A stretch of DNA of 32,000 nt, from positions 120,001 to 152,000 of the forward strand of contig JBHLKY010000001.1 in the NCBI GenBank assembly GCA_048886185.1. Direction: 5' to 3'. Numbering within the stretch: the first letter of the stretch is position 1; every line of letters starts with the position of its first letter. The DNA is from Candidatus Hermodarchaeota archaeon. GTDB lineage: Archaea > Asgardarchaeota > Heimdallarchaeia > Hodarchaeales > Hodarchaeaceae. The translations under genes were made by a program, and so were the position numbers. Of this stretch, positions 18,318-27,304 are shown piece after piece. The notes under the pieces are model-generated. The model did not search any database. It saw only the letters and a list, made by a program, of their open reading frames with translations, and was not told where the DNA came from.

Positions 18318-18844
18318 AGAAACGATATGACCAAATAATGATGCCAATAAGCGATTTCTTTCATATGACTTTGAAGTTACAGCCAAATCACGTATCTTGT
18401 ATTGGATTTTTGATTGGACTTTTTTCTGTGATTTTAGTCCTCGGCGGTTATTGGCAAGCTGGATTAATAATAATGGCAGTTTCCCTCCTTTTTGACGGAA
18501 TCGATGGAAATATTGCACGATTATATAGTTTAGAAAGTGAAACAGGAGAAAAACTTGAACTTCTATTTGATCGTTCTCTAGAAACGCTCTTGTTTTTAGC
18601 CTTTGCAATAGTTAATGGCATTAATTTTGGATTAGTCTTCTTAGTTATTTATTCCATCTTGCTTATGACATCATTGAGAGATAAGGCGAAATTTGATCCT
18701 GGATTAAAGAGAATTGCATTATTTCTGGGATTTATCATTAGTTTTGAGATGATTTTCAATATTGTCTTTCTTGTACACATCGGTTCTTTCATGCTTCAAA
18801 TCATAATCTTAGATTATGCAAATCAGAGAGGAGTAGGGGTTTAA
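18293..18844 (+). CDS. CDP-alcohol phosphatidyltransferase family protein
   Basis: PNHVS and DGIDGNIAR-x8-G-x3-E-x3-D signature (third Asp replaced by Glu). Confidence 0.85.
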   Translation: MHIRIPGLKKRYDQIMMPISDFFHMTLKLQPNHVSCIGFLIGLFSVILVLGGYWQAGLIIMAVSLLFDGIDGNIARLYSLESETGEKLELLFDRSLETLLFLAFAIVNGINFGLVFLVIYSILLMTSLRDKAKFDPGLKRIALFLGFIISFEMIFNIVFLVHIGSFMLQIIILDYANQRGVGV

Positions 18845-19047
18845 TCCCCTCATAAAATTTTTAGAAATAAGATTATTAGAGGTGAAAGTGATATTTCTCG
18901 TTCTTAGTATTGATGAAGAAAAATGTTCATGGAATTATATGAATGGAAATTATTTCCAAATTGTGAACTGTAATTATCTTTATAAGTTAAAGTTCCCAAA
19001 TATGGTATATTTTTCTGTCCTAAGTTTTTACTCTCTTCAATCATTGA

Positions 19048-20364
19048 ATGAAAGATGAAATACTTGAGAATAAAGGGATTATTTTGAAAAATATTTCATT
19101 TAAGCACAAATTTTGCATATTTTTGATCGGCTTATTGATTATTTGTATATTGAGTAGAATAAAAGAGAATCAGGGATTATTAAATTCGATAAGTTACTCT
19201 GATGGGGATTCTATATTTTGTAAATCATTAAATCCTAAAGTGACCGAACAAAATATCCCTGAAAGAGGATTTAACGATCATACTTATGAATTGATCCCGA
19301 TTAGACGAAGTTGGTCAGCTGCTAGAGATGATTGTGAATCCCGGAGAGGACATTTAGTGACTATTACAAGCCAAGGAGAGAATAATATGGTAAGACACTT
19401 GATTGAATATGAAAGTGTTTGGATTGGTTTTACTGATGAAGGAATTGAAGGGAGTTGGCGATGGATTACTGGGGAGTCTGTTACCTATATTAACTGGGCT
19501 GACGGCGAACCCAACGACAGTGGTGGTGAGGATTACGTTGAACTTTACGAGAGTGGTGAATGGAATGATTTGTCTGGTTTAGAGGAGTTGTACTATATAT
19601 GCGAATGGGATTCTACACACAATATAACAACTCCCACAGTAATTTTCCCAAATGGGGGAGAAACTCTTGAAGGCATCATCAATGTTCTCTGGTCAGCATC
19701 AACCGATTCGTATGATCATCATGATGTCACCTATAAAGTTTCTTATTCCATCGATAATGGAGTTAATTGGAATCTAATAACTAAAGAAGTAGTTGCCACT
19801 AATTACGAATGGGATACCAGTACGATTCCTGAAGGAACTTCATTTCTGATCAAAGTAGTTGCAAAGTGTTCTCAAGGAAAAAATGTAGAGGATATCTCCG
19901 ATGGTTCGTTTTTTGTGCATTATCTCACAAGGCTAACGCTTCTGTCTCCTCATCAAGGTGATCGACTGAGAGGTATCAGTATTCTTAAATGGTCAGAATC
20001 AACTGATTCCTTAGGATATGCAGTCACATACTCAGTATTCTTTTCTATAGACAACGGGATGACCTGGGATTCATTAGTTACAGGGTTGATGACAAATAAT
20101 TACAATTGGAATACATCAAAATTTGCTGATGGAAGATATAAGATAAAAATTAGGACAATTAGTTCAGAGGGTCTAACTACTGAATACATTACTGAAGGGA
20201 CATTTCTAATTGATAATATTCTAACAGATATTACACTTATTGTACTTGGATTAGCACTCCTCATGATTTTTCCAGAATTGTTCTTCAGTAGAAAACTCAG
20301 CAACGTTCTTAGTCGTAAAAGAATAGAGATTGTTGAGAGAGAAGAAGGAGTGGGACAACCATGA
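19048..20364 (+). CDS. Surface protein: C-type lectin domain, two Ig/FN3-like repeats, C-terminal TM
   Basis: WSAARDDC..GHLVTITS.GEN, WIGFTD, WADGEPND, WND and ICEW. Two ~95-aa repeats (PNGGETL/PHQGDRL..YSIDNG.W..Y.W.TS). Hydrophobic N- and C-terminal segments. Confidence 0.88.
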   Translation: MKDEILENKGIILKNISFKHKFCIFLIGLLIICILSRIKENQGLLNSISYSDGDSIFCKSLNPKVTEQNIPERGFNDHTYELIPIRRSWSAARDDCESRRGHLVTITSQGENNMVRHLIEYESVWIGFTDEGIEGSWRWITGESVTYINWADGEPNDSGGEDYVELYESGEWNDLSGLEELYYICEWDSTHNITTPTVIFPNGGETLEGIINVLWSASTDSYDHHDVTYKVSYSIDNGVNWNLITKEVVATNYEWDTSTIPEGTSFLIKVVAKCSQGKNVEDISDGSFFVHYLTRLTLLSPHQGDRLRGISILKWSESTDSLGYAVTYSVFFSIDNGMTWDSLVTGLMTNNYNWNTSKFADGRYKIKIRTISSEGLTTEYITEGTFLIDNILTDITLIVLGLALLMIFPELFFSRKLSNVLSRKRIEIVEREEGVGQP

Positions 20365-23300
20365 TTGAATCTGAAAAAAGAGCTAAGGAACTTGAAGAAT
20401 TCACACCTATTGAACCAATATATCATGAAAATTTAATTCGGAATTTGGTTCGATTTGCATCTTTGATAGTAATTGGACTTCTAGTAGGACAACCTGCACA
20501 AAACTATCTTCCAGAAATTTATCCAACCATATTACATCAGATGTTGGTCTTTACTCTTTTGATAGTTTTTCTCGTTGGGCTATTCTTTACATTTTCGCAG
20601 TTACGTTGGTTTAATGAAAAAAGAAACAAGTCAACCAATTTAGGAGGGACTATGGGTTTATTTGGACTATTTCTAACACTCATTTGTAGTGTACTTTCAT
20701 TGCTTACTGTTTCATCAGCAGTTCTTATCCCTCTACTTGGTATAGGACTGTTTTTAACATTCTTAGGGTTCTTTATAGAGACAACTCGCATAGATGAACC
20801 ATTGGTATATTGGTTCAGAATGAATCTGGAGGTTATTATACGCTATTCGATAACGGGAACTGGAGCCTTTTTGATCAACTGGAGTGTATTAATGACAATT
20901 TTGCTCTTCTTGGGATATTCGGGTATATTACCACCTTTCTATGTCTGGCCTGGAGATTCAATTGGAGGATTATTATTAGGGAGTATTGGTTTGGTTCTTG
21001 TCTGGGGTTCTTGGTATCATAGAATCACTCAAACACTCTGGAAATATCGGATTGAAATCATTAGAACAATCGAGTTAAGTATCAGTCAGGGTCTAATCCT
21101 CATAGCACTAATAGGTCCATTCTTAAATCCGGACTTTCTTCTATACAGCTCCATTTTAGGCATCGCAGGATTAGCAGTAATATATCTAGACCTATACATA
21201 TTTAAAAAGAAGGTTTTTAGTAATTTTTCCAGCGGATTTATATCCTCTAGTCAGGTTTATGCCTCTATCATTGGTCTAATCTTCATTCTTTATGGACTAA
21301 TCTTGATTCAGCAGCCTAATTGGCGATATTTCACGATCTATCTTTATGTAATGGGATGCTTGCTGCTCTACAGAGTCTGGTTTGATAAAACCAATTACAC
21401 AATAAATCGTTCTGCTCAAATCTTCGTTTGGTTTTTCCGAACTCATTATAGAGAGGTTATTACCTCTTTTTGCTTTGTCTCTATGGCTTTAGGATCTTTT
21501 TTATTTGGATTCACAAGATTGTTTTTAAGAATTAATGATTTTTTTGATCCTGTACCTTTAGGGTTATTTCTAGTTGGTTACGCAATTGGACTAGTGGTTT
21601 GGTATATTCCAAGTCGTCATACATACTATCGAGGTATGACAACGTCGTTAAATTTCTATTTGTTGTTATGGGGAATTTTCCTTTTTATTTTCCTCTTGCA
21701 GATAGATTCTAATGATATGATACCTTATGTGATTTCAACTACAATGTTTGTTATGGGGATGAGTGTAAACGTATGGCTTTGGAAAAGAGAAATATACAAT
21801 TCAACTAAAAATACACTTATCACAATAAAAAACACAATTTTTCAAACAATTCATGTTGTTGCCCAGTTCTTCAAAACATATTACCGTGAATTATTAACTA
21901 TTGGAATTCTAAGCCTTATAACATATGGACTTGTTGTAACGTGGAGTACAGTCATTCACCCTCCCTATTGGCCATTCTTGTTTTTGATAACTGGTTATGC
22001 TATGCTTTTAGCCATCTGGCGCTTTCCTAACCGTCATGACTATTTTCGTGGAGTGACAACAACTCTTAGTACCGTAATGATCCTTTTTGGCTTAGTATTA
22101 GTATTTTTCCAGGATTATCAATCTATCATTTGGCTTTCTGGTGGAATAATCATTATTGGTGTTGTAGTCAATGGAGCAGCGTGGCAAACGGAACTTAAAC
22201 TGCTATTAATTCAAACTGCTACTGCTATCAAGAACGTAATTGTCCGAACTGGCGTAACATTGAGAAATTTCTTTATCACTGTTAAAAATGCATTTATCCA
22301 AACTATTCATGCTCTTATTCACTTTATCGATAAATCCCTCCATACTATCTGGGACTATCGCGTTCCTCTCATGAGGTCGATCATGACAACTATTGGTGCA
22401 ATTCTAGCCATCACAGGTTTTTTATCATGGATTTTAAATTACGTATTCGACATAACTTGGATCTCTGGTCTTGAACCTTCGTTCTTGATATCTGGTATGA
22501 TCCTTCTTTATATAGCTTGGTTCTATCAAGTTAACCAGATTGTTAAGCAATCCGCTATTGCTATTCGTAATGGACTTGTCCACGTTTTTCATATTATCGC
22601 GGACTTCCTTGTGGCCGCTAAGAATACTGTCATAGTTGTTTCTCACTATATCTGGGATCACCGTGTTGACATTTTAAGAGCTCTCGTAACAATGATTGGT
22701 ATTGTTTTGATCTCTACTGGGATTATTCCAGCAGATCTAATTGATATTGACTCAAATATGAAATTAGTATTAGTAATTGGAGGTATAATTGTATTGTATT
22801 TATCCTGGCTCCAACCAGTAAACCATTTCCTCATAAAAACCTTGATTGCAATTAAAAACTTCTTTGTTGCTGTTAAGGACGCCACTATCCAGTTTATTCA
22901 AACAGCTATCCAATTTCCTGTAAATACATATCGAAAAATAGTTAATTTTCTCCAAAAATACTATATTGAAATAATTCGCTATTCTGCTACAACTATTGGG
23001 GGCTTCTCCATTTTCTTTGGGTTTTGGGGAACATTGAGGCAGGAACCGTTTGGGCTACTCATTCTTATTGCAGGATTGGCTATCCTTTATGCTGCTTGGT
23101 TCCATCATGTCAATCAATTTATTATTAGAACAATCCAGTCCATAAAGGATGCCATAATCCACGCTGCTCACGCTATTGCTAATTTTCTCCAGAATGTCAA
23201 AAATGCAATTATGCGAACTTTTTCCGCAATTGGATCTTTCATGCAAAAAATAGCAATCCAACTGAACCAATTACTCCGTTCTATTGTAGATTTAATTATC

Positions 23301-23687
23301 CCAATATTTCTTCTGATTTTGTCAATCTCGGCGCTTTTCTATGGTATCATTCTAATTTTGTCTGGAGTATTTGATCCGACTGGAGCTCTTTTTAGTGATC
23401 TTCTTCTTCCAATTCCTCTTTTTGGAGATCTTTTGGATTTTCTTGCTCGATTGCTTCAGGGAGAAATCTATGAAGGGAATATCCTAGGTGTTTTTGCTAA
23501 TCAAGACCCCATATTTCAAATTCTGGTTGGTATAGGCATTATTATATTCGGTGGTGTTGTATTTTTATTTGTGGCGCTAAAGAAGGAGAAAATGAGAATT
23601 AGATCCCTTTTGAAGGCTGATGAAACGTATTCTCAAGCAACACTTGATAAAGAAGAGGTTAATGACCTTGATGGTGGTAAAAAGTGA
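20361..23687 (+). CDS. Large multi-pass membrane protein with internal TM-hairpin/amphipathic-helix repeats
   Basis: 1108 aa with many hydrophobic segments and recurring [YF]R.[ED][IL][IL]R...G and L.Y..W motifs. ATGA overlap with the upstream gene. Confidence 0.8.
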   Translation: MIESEKRAKELEEFTPIEPIYHENLIRNLVRFASLIVIGLLVGQPAQNYLPEIYPTILHQMLVFTLLIVFLVGLFFTFSQLRWFNEKRNKSTNLGGTMGLFGLFLTLICSVLSLLTVSSAVLIPLLGIGLFLTFLGFFIETTRIDEPLVYWFRMNLEVIIRYSITGTGAFLINWSVLMTILLFLGYSGILPPFYVWPGDSIGGLLLGSIGLVLVWGSWYHRITQTLWKYRIEIIRTIELSISQGLILIALIGPFLNPDFLLYSSILGIAGLAVIYLDLYIFKKKVFSNFSSGFISSSQVYASIIGLIFILYGLILIQQPNWRYFTIYLYVMGCLLLYRVWFDKTNYTINRSAQIFVWFFRTHYREVITSFCFVSMALGSFLFGFTRLFLRINDFFDPVPLGLFLVGYAIGLVVWYIPSRHTYYRGMTTSLNFYLLLWGIFLFIFLLQIDSNDMIPYVISTTMFVMGMSVNVWLWKREIYNSTKNTLITIKNTIFQTIHVVAQFFKTYYRELLTIGILSLITYGLVVTWSTVIHPPYWPFLFLITGYAMLLAIWRFPNRHDYFRGVTTTLSTVMILFGLVLVFFQDYQSIIWLSGGIIIIGVVVNGAAWQTELKLLLIQTATAIKNVIVRTGVTLRNFFITVKNAFIQTIHALIHFIDKSLHTIWDYRVPLMRSIMTTIGAILAITGFLSWILNYVFDITWISGLEPSFLISGMILLYIAWFYQVNQIVKQSAIAIRNGLVHVFHIIADFLVAAKNTVIVVSHYIWDHRVDILRALVTMIGIVLISTGIIPADLIDIDSNMKLVLVIGGIIVLYLSWLQPVNHFLIKTLIAIKNFFVAVKDATIQFIQTAIQFPVNTYRKIVNFLQKYYIEIIRYSATTIGGFSIFFGFWGTLRQEPFGLLILIAGLAILYAAWFHHVNQFIIRTIQSIKDAIIHAAHAIANFLQNVKNAIMRTFSAIGSFMQKIAIQLNQLLRSIVDLIIPIFLLILSISALFYGIILILSGVFDPTGALFSDLLLPIPLFGDLLDFLARLLQGEIYEGNILGVFANQDPIFQILVGIGIIIFGGVVFLFVALKKEKMRIRSLLKADETYSQATLDKEEVNDLDGGKK

Positions 23688-24868
23688 CAGTTAATAGAAA
23701 GAGATCGAAAGAAAAATCAGATGATATAGCTAAAATCCCAAACATCTCTCTCGATCAGGAGAAAGAAGCAAGGGGTAAACGTCTCCAGGAAGCATCATTT
23801 TCGGAACTTGTCTCATTTTCAAGATTTACACTAATAGCAATCTGCATATTTATACTAGCTTTAATAATTTCAATTATTCTCCAATATAGCCCACTTGAAA
23901 ACCCTGGACGATACGTAACTGGAATTATAGGGATTTCAATTCTTATCCTGCTCCTTAGTTTAATCGTTGATATTCTACGTTGGAGAGATTATACCGAATG
24001 GGGAGCTTTGGGAGCTTTAATCTCCTATGGTGGAATTCTCCTAATTTTCATGCCACTTTCTCTCAATATGGTGATCCTGATCGAAGATGTTACTTTCCTG
24101 GTTCCATTCTTTGGAGAATTTAGCTTATATCTAATAATCATTATTTTAGGTGTCGTCATTTTTACTATTGGATTCACTTCTAGAGCCACTGAACTTGACC
24201 ACAAAATTGAAAACCTTCTCTTTATAATGAAGCAATGGATAACTACATTTGCTTTTCGACAATTCTTTCGAACCCTTGGAGAGTTTATTCTAACATTTAT
24301 TAGTGGATTTTTCAGGTATATTGGGAGGGGAATCCGAGAATTGAGAACTCGTATAGCAAGGCTTCTTAGATGGACAACACGATCTTTCATTTTCTTTTTA
24401 ACCTCCATCAAGGATTTCTTTTACCATACCTTCCCCCAGATACTAAAACGATCATTGATCGGATTTTGGAACAATTTTCATTGGCTGGGATTAATTGCTG
24501 TTATCGTCTATGTTATTCTGACTGATATTCCTATTCCAAATATTGATCCTTTTCTTATCAAAGCAGAGCTACTTATTGTTATTGGTTTTTTCTTTTGTCT
24601 TGGGATCCTTTACCCTCAGAAAGACCGTTTTGCACTAATTGCTAAGGGTATGAGGAGCTCTGTTCTTAGTAGAGTGATAAGTGCTTATAGTATGCTCTCA
24701 GGAACCAAAATAGAAATGGACAAAGCTATTTTCTGCTCTAGATGTCTTAGAGGGGTTGAAGTTAGAGAATTTGAATCCCTCATGGAAATTAAAGGGATGA
24801 TAGATCCACCCTGCCCGTTTTGTGGATTTAATAGTTGGATTGGATCTGAAAAAGTGTCTATCCCTTAA
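23684..24868 (+). CDS. Membrane protein with amphipathic segment and C-terminal Zn ribbon (possibly the 5' part of a longer interrupted gene)
   Basis: About 6 TM segments and CSRC-x22-CPFC. GTGA overlap with the upstream gene. The frame continues without frameshift after TAA 24866-24868. Confidence 0.7.
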   Translation: MTVNRKRSKEKSDDIAKIPNISLDQEKEARGKRLQEASFSELVSFSRFTLIAICIFILALIISIILQYSPLENPGRYVTGIIGISILILLLSLIVDILRWRDYTEWGALGALISYGGILLIFMPLSLNMVILIEDVTFLVPFFGEFSLYLIIIILGVVIFTIGFTSRATELDHKIENLLFIMKQWITTFAFRQFFRTLGEFILTFISGFFRYIGRGIRELRTRIARLLRWTTRSFIFFLTSIKDFFYHTFPQILKRSLIGFWNNFHWLGLIAVIVYVILTDIPIPNIDPFLIKAELLIVIGFFFCLGILYPQKDRFALIAKGMRSSVLSRVISAYSMLSGTKIEMDKAIFCSRCLRGVEVREFESLMEIKGMIDPPCPFCGFNSWIGSEKVSIP

Positions 24869-26383
24869 GACAAGCTTTTGCAAAAGGAGAAACTCGAAGT
24901 TCCCACTATTCCAAAACCTCATCCAAAAGAATCTATTTCTCCTTCTGAAATAGTAATGACTGATGAATAGAAGAAAGCTATTAAAAAAGGTCACTTTCCT
25001 GATTATCAATCATATCAGCGGGCACAGAACCTCGGAGCACAGACTCACTCTGAAGTGGAGTTCATCGATCGCCTTGGGGCCCCGAATTTAGCTATAGCTG
25101 AAAAAATCAAAGCAGGGGGATTTTCTCATTTTGAAACATACCAAAAAGCTCAGGCTGTTGGTGCTTCTACTGCCTCGGAATTATCTTTGATAACAGAATT
25201 GCAAGCTCCTGATTTAGCTACTATGAAAGAAATTCAGAAAGGTAAATTTCCTGATTTTCCATCTTATCAACGAACGTAGAATCTCGGAGCTTCAACCTAT
25301 TACGAACTAGAAGTTATTGATCACCTTGGAGCCCCTAATTTTAAAACTGTTGAGAAAATTAAAAATGGAGGATTTCGTGATTATAAAAATTATGAGAAAG
25401 CTTTGGCGGTTGGAGCTTCCAATATATCTGAATTGCGTATAGTAAAAAAATTCAATGCTCCAGATCTGAGTACTGCGAGAAAAATTCAGAAAAGGAGATT
25501 TCCAGACTATCAAACGTTTAAACGAGCTCAGGATCTGGGAGTGCAAAAGTATTCTGATTTAAGAATCATTGATCGTTTTAAAGCTCCAGACCTTGAGACA
25601 GCGAAGAAAATCATTGATAGCGGTTTCTCTACTCTTGAAACTTATCAAAAAGCTCAAACTATTGGTGCTTCCACTTTCTCAGAATTAAAATTAATTGAAA
25701 AATTACAAGCTCCTGATTTAGCTACCACGAGAGAAATTCAGAGCGGAAATTTCCCTGATTATCAAACCTATCGACAGGCACGAAGCCTTGGAGCACGAAC
25801 TTACTCTGAACTACAGTTAATGACTAAACGACCAACTATCAGTGCTGATGTTGAAGTACAATCTGCACAAGAAAAAATAAGCTCCAAGAGAGTGATAGAA
25901 GAGATTAGTGCGGAAGTAGGAACCCAGACATTGATCACAAAGAAACTGCAAGACGAAAGATTATTCCCAATTGATGAAGAGGCAATCGAAGTTTCATCAA
26001 AGATTGAAGAGCCACAAAAAGAAGTACAGGTTTCTGTCCCTGACATAAGAGATGAATCACTTATCAGGAAAAGAGATGCTCCTGCTGAAGAAATACCAAG
26101 TACAGAACGAAAAATTTCGAAAAAAGAAGTTCCTGTAAAACAAGTAATCGAGATAATTGACGTATTCTTTGCTTCTGATTTGTTAGTAACATCAGAAACC
26201 CAAGATAAATGGGACATGCATAAAAAGGAGTATTATCGTCAACGAACGTTATTCCTTGACTTTGGAGAGCTCAGTGAATCCTCCTTTAGGTCTTATCTTC
26301 AGAAATTGAGAATGTTTTTCACTCAGGAAATGGGTATTCAACACGACAAATTATTCAAACTAGACGTAGAAGACACTGAATAA
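24869..26383 (+). pseudogene. 42-aa-repeat protein interrupted by in-frame TAG codons (tracked ORFs 25055..25279 and 25403..26383 are fragments)
   Basis: One frame throughout, with TAG at 24968-24970 and 25277-25279. The second TAG sits at the repeat position that is CAG (Gln) in units 1, 2 and 5. Confidence 0.75.
24989..25829 (+). repeat. Degenerate coding tandem repeat, 126-bp (42-aa) unit, about 6.7 copies, with 252-bp A/B alternation
   Basis: Units begin at 24989, 25115, 25241, 25367, 25493, 25619 and 25745; consensus G.F.DY.TYQ.AQ.LGA.T.SEL..I..L.APDL.T...I.. . The stretch CAAGCTCCTGATTTAGCTAC recurs 504 bp apart. Confidence 0.9.
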
Positions 26384-26465
26384 ACATTGGAGATAAGAGA
26401 AGCGCGACAAAAACTAGAAAAACCGAGTTACAATCAAATAATAATTATCTGAGAGATGATTCAAA

Positions 26466-27275
26466 GTGCAATCAGGACTTTATGGTGAGCATGTATTAAT
26501 AACTGGAGCTAGTGGGGGTATTGGCCAAGCTACTGCAAAGCTTTTTAATGAAGAGGGCTGTTGTCTTTCTCTTCATTATAATAAAAATGCAGACCAACTT
26601 CAGAAATTCTCTTCGGAGTTAGAAGGTGACCATTGTATAGTTCAGGCGGAATTATCTTCTGAAGAAGAAACTCAACAGATGTTCAACGATTCTATTGCCA
26701 CTTTTGGGAGGATAGACCGACTCGTGGTAAGTCACGGTATTTGGCCAGAAGAAAATATCCCTGCCAATGAAATGACTATCGATCAATGGGATAGAACTAT
26801 CTCGATTAATCTTCGTGCTGCATTTCTGTGTAGTAAACTTTTTTTGCAGAACTTGGTGAAATTCCCTAAGGATAACGCGAGTATTGTCTATATTGGGAGT
26901 ACAGCAGGAGTTTTCGGGGAAGCAGGTCATGTAGACTATGCTGTTTCAAAAGCAGGGCTTAATGGGCTCATGCTTTCTTTAAAAAATGAAATTGTAAAAA
27001 TCGCTTCACGAGGTAGAGTGAATATTGTCGCTCCAGGATGGACTATAACTCCTATGACCAAGAAGTTTCTGGAAGATCACAAAGGGGTCCGTACAGTTTT
27101 ACAGACAATGCCTTTACGTAAAATAGCTCGTTCCATGGATATTGCGCAGTGTATTGTTTTCCTTTCATCAGATAATCTTGCTGGTCACATCTCTGGTCAA
27201 TTAATTACTGTAGCAGGGGGCATGGAGGGAAGACGACTCTTCGAACCTCATGAAATAGATATAGAGCGGATTTAG
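26466..27275 (+). CDS. Short-chain dehydrogenase/reductase
   Basis: ITGASGGIG, catalytic YAVSK, NIVAPGW and ISGQLITVAGG. Confidence 0.92.
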   Translation: MQSGLYGEHVLITGASGGIGQATAKLFNEEGCCLSLHYNKNADQLQKFSSELEGDHCIVQAELSSEEETQQMFNDSIATFGRIDRLVVSHGIWPEENIPANEMTIDQWDRTISINLRAAFLCSKLFLQNLVKFPKDNASIVYIGSTAGVFGEAGHVDYAVSKAGLNGLMLSLKNEIVKIASRGRVNIVAPGWTITPMTKKFLEDHKGVRTVLQTMPLRKIARSMDIAQCIVFLSSDNLAGHISGQLITVAGGMEGRRLFEPHEIDIERI

Positions 27276-27304
27276 AGTAATTTAATAAAATCTTTATTTG
27301 GTTT

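Noticed and set aside
24989-25829. CRISPR array or non-coding repeat
   Set aside because: The units are degenerate, codon-phased and lack unique spacers; this is a protein-coding repeat.
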